64,000 bases of DNA from Eledone cirrhosa. Taxonomy: Eukaryota. The stretch lies in NCBI GenBank assembly GCA_964016885.1, contig OZ024740.1:22568001-22632000 (forward strand), written 5' to 3'. This document shows positions 15,010 to 27,441 of the stretch, one piece after another. The translations under genes were made by a program, and so were the position numbers. The number at the start of each line of letters is the position of its first letter. Within the stretch, counting starts at the first letter, position 1. A model generated the notes under the pieces. That model ran no database searches. It was not told the origin of the DNA and saw nothing but the letters and a program-made list of their open reading frames with translations.

Positions 15010-17330
15010 TGGAAACATTTGAACAGGAACAAAACAGAGAGGCAGTACAACGAATGTTTATTAATTTCACGCTCTGGAGAGTGGGGTGGTGGTGGGGAAC
15101 GACGTTTCGGGCATAAGCCCTTCCTCGGGTGAGAAGTGTGTGGGAACAGAGTTCAAAGGGTGTGTAGGGGAGTGGTGGAGAGACATATAGCGAAAGGAAA
15201 CGGTGCGAATGAAATTGAAAATAAAAGTAAAAATAAAGCATGATCAAAATAAAAGGAATGAAATAAAAGCATGATCAAAATAAACTGAAATTAAAAAGGG
15301 TTAAAACAAGTGGTTGAAGGGTGTAGGATGTGTAGGGGTGGTGGCGGGTGGAGTGGGGAGAGGGAGACGGGGTGTCCGAGTGGGGAGGGCTGAAGGTGGT
15401 GTGTGTGTGTGTGCAGGTGTACGTGTGTGTGTGTGTGTGTGTGTGTATGTGAAAGTAAGGGTTGGGGAAGAACGGGGTTGCATGTTCAGGAAGAGGTGTG
15501 TGTGTGTGTATGGGGGGGGGGTTGTAGGTCGGAGTGTCTGTGCGTGTGTGGATAGAGGGGTGGGGGGAGAGGAATCAGGAGGCTGAGGGTGTAAATATGT
15601 GGTGGAAAGCACGTGTGTGTGGGTGTAGGTGGCGTCTTGGAGAAAAAAAAATGTTTGGGGTGTGTGTGTGGCTGAGTTATATAGGTGATTCCGTAAGAGG
15701 ATGGTTGAAATGTCGGTAAATTCCTATGATGTTAGTAGATTCCGTGGTGGTCAAGTTCCACATACGAGTATTCCATGAAGAGATGGTCGGAAGAGGAGAG
15801 ATGTGGGGTGCGCGCGCAACAGGAAGTGGTCAAGCGGTGGGAGTACTGTGTGTGTGTTTGTGCTGGGAGGTGGTCAGAGGGCATAGCAGCAGTCGGGTGG
15901 AATGGTAAAGGGGCGAGGATGGGTAGGTGTGAAAGTTGGAGTGTGGAGGGTGTGTGTGTGTATTAGTAGAGGTGTTAGTGGGATGAGTGAGTGTGGAGCG
16001 AGGGTGTGGGTGACGCGGGGAGAGAAGGGTGTGTGTAGTTCTATGGAGGGAGTGTGGTGTACTGGTGTGTGTGTAGTTTGATGAAGGGGGTGTTAGTGGG
16101 TGTTAGTATACGGGAGGTGGGGAAAGGGTTGAATGCAGGTGTGAGTGGGGGTTAGTGTTGGTAGGGTGTGTAGAGTTGGTGGTGTACGAGAGTGTGTGGG
16201 TACGTGTGCGTGGGGTTGGGGGGCGTTAGTGATGTTAGTTGCGTGTGGGGTGGGTGGTGTAAGTGGGTGCGTGTGTTCGTGTGCTTGGGGTCAGGGGGTG
16301 TTAGTGAGGTTAGTTGCGGGGTGGTGGGATGGAGGTGTGGGGGTGAGGGTTAGTGGTGGTAGTAGGGTGTGTGTTTAGTGTGAGCGCGTGTATATATGTG
16401 CCGGTGGGTGTGTGCGTGTGATAAGGAGGGGGAGGAGAAGAAGGGAGGGATGTTAGTATGTTAGTTGGGGAAGGGTGGTCGGATGAGGGGTGGAGTGGAG
16501 GTGTTAATATTGTTAGTTGTGGGGTGGGCGGTGAAAAGGAGGGGTGTGTTAGTGGTGTTAGTGGGGGATATGTGTGGGGGGAGGGGGCGGTCGAAGGCTA
16601 AAGGAATAAGGGTGGGGAGTTCAGGCCGGGGGGAGTGTGGGTCTGTAAGATGAAGATAGTTCTTTGTTCGACTCTAAGGAGATTGGCGGGTGTTCCGTGG
16701 CATTGGAGTAGGCCACAGACTGTGAGATGGCGTGCGGAATGTCCAGGGGCACCAAAGTGGCGGACGATGGGGGAACTACCACCGAGACGAATATCCCGGA
16801 GGTGCTCAGTGAATCGGTCCGCCAGGCGACGTCCCGTCTGTCCGACATAAGTCTGTAGACTATGTTGGAGGAGGTGCAGCGGAAGGCATGCCGAACAGAG
16901 AGAGTGTGTGGCCGTTGGGACCCTGGAAGGTGGTGGTGTTGGTGATGTGGGGACAGGTGTTGCAGCGGGGCCTAGAACAGGGAAAGGAACCGGGGGAGGC
17001 GTGGATTGGGGGGTAGGGAGCAGTGGACGAGGAGGGTGCGGAGATTGCGTGCGCGTTTGAAGGAGGGGAGTGGTGGGGTTGGGAAGATGTGGGAGGTGGA
17101 GGGGTCGGACTGGAGGCGTCGGAAGAGGCGGCGGATGGTGCGGTGTAGGGGTAAGGTGGAGGGGTGGTAGGTGATGAAGAAGGGGAGACGGTGGATGGGT
17201 GTGCGGTGGCGTGGGGTGAGGGTGGTGGAGCGGTGGACAGCACGGGCGCGGGTGAGAGCGGTGAGGACGAGAGGGGGGGGGGGGGGGTAACCTCTGCGGA
17301 TGAAATGGCTGACTAGGGAAAGGGCCTGGG
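15010..17330 (-). mobile_element. 5'-truncated Penelope-like element, Neptune-like
   Basis: PCSRPRCNTCPHI linker; GIY-YIG remnant YVGQTGRRLADRFTEH...EQRTIFILQTHTPPGLN (16598-17000); minimal HHR-like motif CCGAGGA-AGGGC-UUAU-GCCC-GAAACGUC at 15101-15130. Confidence 0.85.
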
Positions 17331-17344
17331 ATATATATATAAAT

Positions 17345-18755
17345 ATATATAATATATAAGAACAAAAGATGGTTAAAAGAGTTCCATGTATTTTATTATG
17401 CGCATTTCAAAAACAAATATCATCATGCAATAATATTTGTGTTTTCATCAGATAAAATAGGAAGACATGATATGAAGGTTAAAAAACACTTGTGTCTAGT
17501 GCAGTTTTAAATCAACATATGAAAAGTAGTTTTAGATTGATGTGTGATATTCGGAAAAATATTTTTTTTTTGAGGGGTGGGGGTGGAAAGGATGAAAAAG
17601 AGGAGGAGATGAGAGTAAAAAGTGGAGAGGGAGGAGTATAATGAGGAAGGATGAGATAGGAGGAGAGATGGGTGATAGAGAGAGAGAGAGATAGCTTTTA
17701 TAACTGAGAAAAATATATTGTTTTACATAGAGAGGTTGAAAACCGTTGGAAGATAATGTATAAATTAAAAGAATTTGAAAATTAACGAAGAGAAAAATAA
17801 TGTAAAGTTAAGGTTTGTATATTGAAGGGTTTAATAATATGTGCGATGAAAAGAAAATGTTAATATGTATTAAGAATAATATTTAAGGGTTTAATAATAT
17901 GTGCGATGGAAAGAAAACGTTAATATGTATTAAGAATAATATTTAAGGGTTTAATAATATGTGCGATGGAAAGAAAATGTTGATATGTATTATTAAAAAG
18001 AACAACAAGTAATGTAAGTAAGGATATATTGTGAGATGAACATGAGTAAGTTAGATGAAAGGGAGAAAGAAATAATGAATTGAGGATGAATAATCTAACG
18101 TCAAAAAATTGTTTATGTTTACGAAGGATTTTTACAAGGTGATATAGAGTAAGAATGTATTGTATTGTGTAATAATTGTTTCTATGTTAGGCAACAGTGA
18201 GAAAAGGTACAGATTAGGGGTTAGACATTAAAAGAAAAAGAGAAGAAAGGGAAAATGAAGAAAGGGAAGTGATAAATAGGAGTGATATAGAATGAGTAAC
18301 AAGTATTATATAATGTATAATAAATAACTTTGAATAAAGGTAGAAAGATGGGTATATTTTTAAAGAAGTATATATATATGTGCCTTTGAGAAAAAGATTC
18401 TAAATTGATAAAGTTTTGGATATTAGCTGTATACTTTGTGGAATGTTTTGTGGAATTTATGCAAGCAGAGAGAAAACAAGTCAGTGCGTCTATTTATTAT
18501 AGAATCTAAATTAGATATAATGGTAAATTTTTCATTTAGACAGAGATTGCAAATCTTGGATAGAGAACTGTTCAAGTATAGAGACGCAGAAGAAACCTTT
18601 TTCCAAAATATGCTAAATACATGGAACTCTTTTAACCATCTTTTGTTCTTATATATTATGTATACTCCAGTCCTACAAACTGTAGAGTGCTTCTTATCCG
18701 ATATCTGCATTGCATTGCTTTATTGTACTACAATAAAACTCACCTCCAACATATA
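17345..18755 (-). mobile_element. Truncated PLE (Naiad-like endonuclease C-terminus) with inverted terminal segment
   Basis: CNLCLNEKFTII...INRRTDLFSLCLHK (18423-18620); 18618-18660 is the inverse of 17348-17390; (TA)n on both sides. Confidence 0.85.
17390..17458 (-). ncRNA. Type-I hammerhead
   Basis: AUUUUAU-CUGAUGA-long stem II-GAAAUGCGCAUA|AUAAAAU; copies at 40406-40470 (-) and 40532-40598 (+). Confidence 0.85.
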
Positions 18756-18772
18756 AATATATATATATATAT

Positions 18773-19882
18773 ATGTAAAATAAACTAAAATAAATAAATC
18801 AAATATTTAAAATTTGGCTTCGTTTATTACTGCTATATATATTTCTGTGACAGCCATCTTTGACTGTGACCTCTTCAGGCAGTAAGAATTAGTGTGGTAG
18901 AGACGAGTACACATGCTGTTGAGGTGTTAACTGTGTCAATACTCTGATATGCCCAGTTCCTGGTTGGGTTGTTGTTTCTATGAGGAACTGGAGTCATGTG
19001 AATTTAAACAAACGAATTTCAGCGTCAAAGGGCAACCTCTCCTCCCATTGGTCAGTTGTGAGAATATTCCTCAGTCAAAAGTCTATAGAAATTCTTTCTG
19101 AGGTGAGGCTTTCTGTAGTGGTTGTTTTTGTTATTGTTAAGTACATCTGACCTCTACCCTTATGTTGGTAGTGGTGTTGGTGCTGGGGTCAGACTTAATT
19201 CCTGCTGCTGTTGATTTTAGTCTTTTACCTTTTCATTTCATTCTATTGTTTTTTTATTATTTATTTTTTATTTTTTATTTTCTTCATCTTATTGCCTCTT
19301 ATTCCTTCATATGCTTCACCCCCCCCCCCCACGAGAATTGGTGACAGCATAGATGCCAATACACACACACTGATCCTCCTAAAATCAACAGCAGCAGGAA
19401 TTCTGACCCCAGTACAAACACCACTACCAACATAAAGGTAGAGGTCAGATGTACTTAACAATAACAAAAACAACCACTACAGAAAGAATTTCTATAGACT
19501 TTTGACTGAGGAATGTTCTCACAACTGACCAATGGGAGGAGAGTACGTCCTTTGACGCTGATATTCGTTTGTTTAAATTCATATGACTCCAGTTCCTCAT
19601 AGAAACAACAACCCACCCAGGAACTGGGCATATCAGAGTATTGACAACAAAGTTAACACCTCAACAGCATGTGTACTCGTCTCTACCACACTAATTCGGA
19701 CTGCCTGAAGAGGTTACAGCCAAAGCTGGCTGTCACCGAAATATATATAGCAGTAATAAACGAAGCCAAATTTTAAATATTTGACTTATTTATTTTAGTT
19801 TATTTTACATTACTCCGGGGTAACCAAACCAACCTGCGCACTTCTTCGAGTGCTCCAATCTGCATACTGAGGTGTCGGCTAA
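18773..19882. mobile_element. Palindromic non-coding PLE-tail element with ~440-bp inverted arms
   Basis: 18773-19220 is the inverse of 19379-19811, with scattered mismatches; same family at 54515-54720. Confidence 0.9.
19700..19754 (+). ncRNA. Type-I hammerhead (inverted copy at 18827-18885)
   Basis: ACUGC-CUGAAGA-GGUUACAGCC-AAAGCU-GGCUGUCACC-GAAAUAUAUAUA|GCAGU. Confidence 0.85.
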
Positions 19883-19897
19883 CAACCAGCATATAAT

Positions 19898-19990
<93 letters not shown>

Positions 19991-20054
19991 ATGGTATATA
20001 TATAAAATAATTAAGTCAAATATTTAAAATTTGGATTCGTTTGTTAAAGATACT

Positions 20055-20136
<82 letters not shown>

Positions 20137-20256
20137 GTATATATATGTGTGTGTATATTGTATATATATATATATATACATACATACACACACACACACA
20201 TATATATATATATTATATATAAATATATATATACATATATATATTAAAGAAATTTA

Positions 20257-20289
<33 letters not shown>

Positions 20290-20296
<7 letters not shown>

Positions 20297-20552
20297 ATAC
20301 TTTGGGAGGGTCATGTTGCCAATAAGAAACACACGCACCAGTTGCTTTCACTTCAATTTATTATAATAAATTTATAATAAATTTATAAATTTATAAATTT
20401 CTGGTTGGTTGGTTGGTTCCACAACCAGATAGTTGTTTATATATTATCATAGTTCTTTCGTCACACACTCTGTGACCTCTTCAGTGACTGGGGATTCGTT
20501 TCTTTGTTTTTGTGCCTCTCCTTTGTTCTGTCCTACGCCAAATTCAGAAACG

Positions 20553-20553
<1 letters not shown>
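20290..20553 (-). mobile_element. PLE tail fragment with HHR at 20446-20488
   Basis: Matches 41448-41690; GUCA-CUGAAGA-GGUCAC...GUGAC-GAAAGAACUA|UGAU. Confidence 0.8.
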
Positions 20554-20599
<46 letters not shown>

Positions 20600-20613
20600 T
20601 ACATATATATATA

Positions 20614-20698
<85 letters not shown>

Positions 20699-20899
20699 CA
20701 CGAAGGAAATGTGGTAAGGAACCAGGTGGACCATAACGTACCAAAGTACTCAATACTTAGGGTAGTAGAGTGGGTAATAGGAACGAGTAGGACCCCGACG
20801 GCTGAGCTCGAGCCGTTTCGACGGCTAATTCTGGATTAATTCTGGCTAATTCTGAGCCGTCGAAACGGCTCGAGCTCAGCCGTCGGGGTCCTACTCGTT

Positions 20900-20981
<82 letters not shown>

Positions 20982-21006
20982 TATACACATATATATATAT
21001 ATATAT

Positions 21007-22375
21007 ATAATATATTTAGAAACACACAGATACATGCGGACACACACATATACATGAATGCATCCGCACCCAACCGTGAGTTAAGGGTGCCAACTTCACC
21101 GATGTTGCTCAATGAATGACTGGGACAGACCAATCCGGTTGAACTAGACTGAACCAGTATCAGAGTTAAAAATACATTATGAAGAGAGAAGAAACATTTA
21201 GATATAATTAGTAATAAAATGTATCATACCTAAACTGCTCCTAGATTCATCGACTACGTAGTTTCGTGGCATAAACAAAAACAATACATCATAAAGATAT
21301 AGAGTCCTTGCGAGGTCTACCGACTTATCAAGAGGATACCTCATTTTACTAGTCTCAAGAACGCGTCTACACGACGTGAGAAAGAATCCCAAAAGGCGGA
21401 GGGGGAGATAGTCACGCGATATAACGGTCGAGAAACAGAGCTAAGCCTCCTATAACCCCGAAGAAAATACCACGGAGGCGGAGGGGGTATTTATATCGAA
21501 GCCGTAGAAGAGGTGGTGAAGGAGGCGAGAAGTATGAGTAATGGAAGCTTTCCAGCAGTCCCTACACTTCAAAGATTGCTCGACCAGAGGGAGTTATTAA
21601 CAATATATTTAGAAACACACAGATACATGCGGACACACACATATACATGAATGCATCCGCACCCAACCGTGAGTTTTTGTTTATGCCACGAAACTACGTA
21701 GTTGATGAATCTAGGAGCAGTTTAGGTATGATACATTTTATTACTAATTATATCTAAATGTTTCTTCTCTCTTCATAATGTATTTTTAAATCTGATACTG
21801 GTTCAGTCTAGTTCAACCGGATTGGTCTGTCCCAGTCATTCATTGAGCAACATCGGTGAAGTTGGCACCCTTAACTCACGGTTGGGTGCGGATGCATTCA
21901 TGTATATGTGTGTGTCCGCATGTATCTGTGTGTTTCTAAATATATTGTTAATAACTCCCTCTGGTCGAGCAATCTTTGAAGTGTAGGGACTGCTGGAAAG
22001 CTTCTATTACTCATACTTCTCTTCTCCTTCACCACCTCTTCTACGGCTTCGATATAAATACCCCCTCCGCTTCCGTGGTGTTTTCTTCGGGGTTATAGGA
22101 GGCTTAGCTCTGTTTCTCGACCGTTATATCGCGTGACTATCTCCCCCTCCGCCTTTTGGGATTCTTTCTCACGTCGTGTAGACGCGTTCTTGAGACTAGT
22201 AAAATGAGGTATCCTCTTGATAAGTCGGCAGACCTCGCAAGGACTCTATATCTTTATGATGTATTGTTTTTGTTTATGCCACGAAACTACGTAGTCGATG
22301 AATCTAGGAGCAGTTTAGGTATGATACATTTTATTACTAATTATATCTAAATGTTTCTTCTCTCTTCATAATGTA
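21007..22375. mobile_element. Palindromic partial-tandem element built from a ~593-bp non-coding unit
   Basis: Minus arm 21007-21673, plus arm 21674-22375; internal direct repeats at ~593-bp spacing; HHR-like motifs at 21247-21336 (-) and 22212-22301 (+). Confidence 0.9.
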
Positions 22376-22384
22376 TATATATAT

Positions 22385-23950
22385 ATATTGAGTTAAGAAC
22401 TCAGAGTAGTCTCTTACAATTAAATACCTCTAAGAAAAAAGCTTTTCCGAGCCGTACAATATAATTTAATAAACAAGAGAGATGAACACTAATATAAACA
22501 TACATGTGTTCGAATCGTAAGGTACAAATTTGCTAGGGTGAAAAAATACTAACTACAGCAATATGGTTTGTTATCCTCAACTTTAAATATTAAATTAAGA
22601 AAAATAACAGACTTATATTGGGCAATATATATACATATATATACAAATGAATATATGAGAGGGATGAACACTGATACAAGTATACACGTGTTCGAATTGC
22701 AAATGCCCAAGTTAGCTAGGTTGAAAATACTAATTTAAAATAATATGGTTTGCCTGTCTCGATTTAAAATAATAAATCAATAAAAATAACAAACCTATAT
22801 TGGCAATGACCGTGATACCCGGACAAATTCTAAATTTATTTCGCAACAATTAAGTGAAAGTCACTATTCCTGTCCTCTTCTGCGGGTATCCAGAAATTGG
22901 TACCTTTCACTTCAAAATACTTAAGAAGACTGAGAGAAATGTGTTGTTGAACGCATATGTGTCACAGCGCCTAACCCGTCCCATACTCGTGCCGCTAAAA
23001 ATAGCAGCCGGTTTTATGGGACTAAAATTAGCTCTACGTATGGAGCCGAGAATATTATATATTGAGTTATAAACTCTAAATAGTCTTTTACAATTAAATA
23101 GCTCAAAGAAAAGAATATTTCTGAGCCGTGTAATACAAATGAATATATGAGAGGGATGAACACTGATACAAGTATACATGTGTTCGTATTGCAAATCACC
23201 AAGTTAGCTAGGTTGAAAAATACTAATTTAAAATAATATGGTTTGCCTGTCTCGATTTAAAATAATAAATCAATAAAAATAATAAACCTATATTGTCAAT
23301 GGCCGTGATACCCGGAAACATTCTAAATTTGTTTCGCAACAATAGTTATATTGATTTTTTATTTTAAATCGAGACAGGCAAACCATATTATTTTAAATTA
23401 GTATTTTTCAACCTAGCTAACTTGGTCATTTGCAATACGAACACATGTATACTTGTATCAGTGTTCATCCCTCTCATATATTCATTTGTATTACACGGCT
23501 CGGAAATATTCCCTTCTTTGAGCTATTTAATTGTAAAAGACTGTAGCAAGAGTTGCCTCCCTTGTTATGACGGTCACATCACCGGTAGCGCTCTCTAGAC
23601 AGGAAGTAGCTGGAGTTACTTCCCGTTGAGGTGGCAGAACCTTCTTAGGAACTTCCGTCCAGGGAACTATAAAATGAGAGAGCTGAAAGCTATCTTCCTC
23701 TCTTTTAACTTGCCTGGCCCTTCGGCCAGGCGCGTTCCGCCGAGGGTATACTCTCTGGCAACCTGAACATGGTAATGTAAAGACCTCTTGGTCTAATACG
23801 CGCTGACTTCAAAACGGTAAACAACTAAGTTTAATTCATCCTTTCATCTCATGTCAACTATTCTGCTCTACATGGCTCAACCTTGTTAAATAAACTTTGT
23901 ACATACAACTCAGTGTCGCTGTTATAAGACTATTTCGAGTTTATAACTCA

Positions 23951-23957
<7 letters not shown>
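22385..23957. repeat. Partial-tandem plus inverted non-coding repeat between TA tracts
   Basis: 22385 and 23060 are direct copies; ~23055-23275 is the inverse of ~23350-23957 once the LTR is removed. Confidence 0.8.
23542..23926 (+). mobile_element. Solo LTR (385 bp) with 4-bp TSD
   Basis: TGTAG...GTTATA termini; TSD AGAC at 23538-41 and 23927-30; TATAAAA ~23668, AATAAA ~23889; absent from the mirror arm. Confidence 0.8.
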
Positions 23958-24007
<50 letters not shown>

Positions 24008-24113
24008 TCACAGAATACACTGACGGCCATTCTCACAGCTTTTCGTCATTTTCATCCGTTCGTCTACTTATCTGTATCTCTCTCTCTATATATATATTTA
24101 TCTATCTATGTAT

Positions 24114-24173
<60 letters not shown>

Positions 24174-24837
24174 GCGCACACACACACACACACATATATA
24201 TATGTATGCAAAATGATAGAACGAGATGTAAGAGTTGAAATAGAAAGATAGTGAGTGAGAAGAGGAAGGAAGGCGAAATATATCAGCCACCTATTGGGCT
24301 TCACAATATTGTTTCGGACCAAAGAGTTGACCTCCTAATCTGTCATTATTAGTAAATCAATAATCCTCAAATCTGGGGGCAATTATCGACCTTACTACTT
24401 AATTTTCTTGTTGATACTGGTGTACCAGCTTCTAATCTTCCAGCGCGTCTCCCTTGCCGTCCTCCGGGAAAACGCTTTCTCCATTTTGTCCGTCGGGGCT
24501 GTGGGGAGGCCATCAATATTATTGACTGACTTGACATTTTATCATGTACACCCGCGGTGATTATAAGGGTATTTAGGGTGAATGTCTGCCTTTCTATCAC
24601 TATTCTTCTCTAAATATAGTTTTTAGAGAATCCCTTTTCTTCAAATCCCTCAACCAATCATCTCCACCCATCCCATTACCACCCTCTCCTACCACAAGTA
24701 AATGTATAAATCGGTCAAGATATGACAGCAGCACTGACCGCCTAGCTGGGATTGGCGGTAGCGCTAAATATGGCAACATGACATCACCATGTGAGAACTC
24801 AACCATAATTAAAGAAAAGAATTTGGGAGTTAAATAT

Positions 24838-25232
24838 AATTGTTTCTACTTTTGGCACAAGGCCAACAATTACCCCAGTGTATTACTGGTACTTTATTTT
24901 ATCGACCCCGTAAGGATAAAAGGCAAAGTCAACCTCGGCGGGATTTGAACTCAGACCATAAAGGGACGTAACTCTTTGCTGCAAAGCATGGCGTCAGACC
25001 CTCTACGGATATTGCCAATCCACCACCCTTTGGGAGTTAAATATAATCGTTTTTACTTTTGGCACACAGCCAGCAATTATCCCAGTGTATTACTGGTACT
25101 TTATTTTATCGACCCCGTAAGGATGAAAGGCCAAGTTAACCACGACGGGATTTGAACTCAGACCGTAAAGGGACGTAACTATGCTACAAAGCATGGCGTC
25201 CAACCCTGTACCGACACTGCCGATTCACCGAC
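24838..25232 (-). mobile_element. Tandem pair of tRNA-derived SINEs
   Basis: Two copies separated and flanked by ttgggagttaaatataat. Confidence 0.88.
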
Positions 25233-25735
25233 CTTGGGAGTTAAATATAATAATAAGGGTTTAGACCTCGTACAAATGATTTCGATCTCGTGGCTTTCAA
25301 TTTGCTCAACAAATCCATAAATATACAATTTCAGTAGAAAATGGACACAGTTACATATCGAACAAACATTTGCACCTTTACCTCTTCAACTATCTATCTG
25401 ACACACAATGTCGCGCATTAAGGTGATGCTGCACTTGTGATGGTAGTTTGTGCAGCAGATTGGTCAATCTCTCTGTTTGGATTATGGATATAAGACGATA
25501 ACAAATAAAGTAATAGTTACGAAAGTTCACAGGTCTCTTTCAGCAAAAGACTGAGATAAATAAATAAATACATAGCAATATTATTATTATTCGAAAAACT
25601 CAGATTTACATTTCTTGTATTCAGCCATGTAGAGCGATAAACGTATATATATATATATATATATAGGAACAAGTATGACCCCGACGGCAGAGCTCCAGCC
25701 GTTTCGACGCTGGTTCCTTACCACAATTCCTTCGT

Positions 25736-25776
<41 letters not shown>

Positions 25777-25780
<4 letters not shown>

Positions 25781-27025
25781 ACAGGGAGAAAGAGACGATT
25801 ATTAGGAAGAACGTTATATTTTTTCCCCTTTTGTGGATATATATTTATTAAAATAACAGATTAAAGTTTAAGCAAAGAATCGCTACTTTCACCCTTAACG
25901 GGATCTTCTGAAACTAAAAAAAATCAATCTGTGAACACAGAAGTAAATATATCGAAAAACGTTGCAGCCGAAGGAAGACAGGAAGACGATACCTTGGTTC
26001 GTGGAGACGTTCCCTGGCAAGGAACGAAAAAAAAAACGAAGATAATACATCATTATTTGGAGCGGGGAGAATAATTACAAGCAAAGACTAAAATTCTATT
26101 TAGGAAATCGAATGATTCTCGGCTTCAGAGTTAAGAATAATGTAAATACATGACAGATACATGCACGCATCCATATACGTACATACATATGCATACGCGA
26201 AAACACCCGCCATGGATATGCAAATACAGGCACCTACACAAAAACACGCGCACACATACAAAAACCCACGCAACGCCTATACCCGCACACATACGAACGT
26301 ATACACCACATATACATAAAACATATATAAAAAAAATATATATATATACATGTGTGTATGTGTGCGCGTATACATAATTATATAAACGTATATAAATATA
26401 CACACATAAATACGCATATAACGCGCGCACTCACACACCTACATGTAAATACACATATGTTCGCTAAACGTACGTCAACCAAACACAAAGTACACATATA
26501 CACACATCCTACATACGTGCAAACCCGCATACACACACAAACGCAAAATTCACATATACACATAACCATATACACATGTACCAGTAAATATAATATAATA
26601 TATACGTCTATAACAAATACAAGCTAATATACGTACGAGAAAGTATACGTACCTACACAAAACATACAAGTAATATATACTTACCTATACCAATAAGTAA
26701 TGGTATAAACATAACATATACTTAGCTACCACATCAAGACGCAAATTATCCACGTATTGTTCGTACTATCCGTTAGGGTATAAAGTGGGGCTGTAATACA
26801 GGAAAGTGTTGTGCAATTTATGTTTACAAGCCGAAATTGCCTCAGATTTTTTGTTTAAGATGTGGTCATTGGCGTAGAGTATTTCCAGGGCTTCTGCGGC
26901 GCAGAGGTCATATGGTCTTTTATTTCCGTTATACGATCTAGCTTTAGCTAGGATCTCCCAGTGTAACTTATATTGTCTTTTAGACTCCAGATATAAGCTG
27001 AATAAATATTTGCTCTACGGTTCTT
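25777..27025 (-). mobile_element. Truncated PLE (Naiad-like endonuclease C-terminus plus tail)
   Basis: LHWEILAKARSYNGNKRPYDLCAAEALEILYANDHILNKKSEAISACKHK at ~26780-27010. Confidence 0.75.
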
Positions 27026-27327
27026 ATATATTTGATATATATTTATCATTATCGAGCCCTCTTTGGATTTTAGTCTTCAAATTTATTATTATTAATATAT
27101 ATATATAGGTATGAATGTATGTATACGTACATACATATATGTATACAGACGTACAGTAGTATGTATATATATACATACATGCACACATATATATAAGCAC
27201 GTATCGGTTTACCGAACATTTATTATAATGCTCGGTTTGTTTGTTTGTACACAAACAAACAGCCCGAATTACGCCGTACAGTGTTTAGGAAACCACGTCA
27301 CCTTTTTTGTTCAACACTGACACAGGA

Positions 27328-27370
27328 ACGATGTACTAGTTTCAAGCTTATTAGCTATCGTCAGCATCGT
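27328..27370 (-). ncRNA. Type-I hammerhead in a non-coding repeat (27100-27430)
   Basis: ACGAUG-CUGACGA-UAGCU-AAUA-AGCUU-GAAACUAGUA|CAUCGU; copies at 31962-32001 (-) and 37294-37336 (+). Confidence 0.8.
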
Positions 27371-27441
27371 ATACCTTCCTGCCAGATGGTTGAACGTCTG
27401 AAAGTATATACTTTCCTTATGCATATTAACGGCTGAGCAGC

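Noticed and set aside
18773-23957. Palindromes as long-read fold-back artefacts
   Set aside because: Arms are diverged and asymmetric, and one carries a private LTR; this cannot be fully excluded for the identical 311-bp array
24367-24806. Two short minus-strand ORFs as host exons
   Set aside because: No recognisable domain or splice support; overlap the old repeat relic
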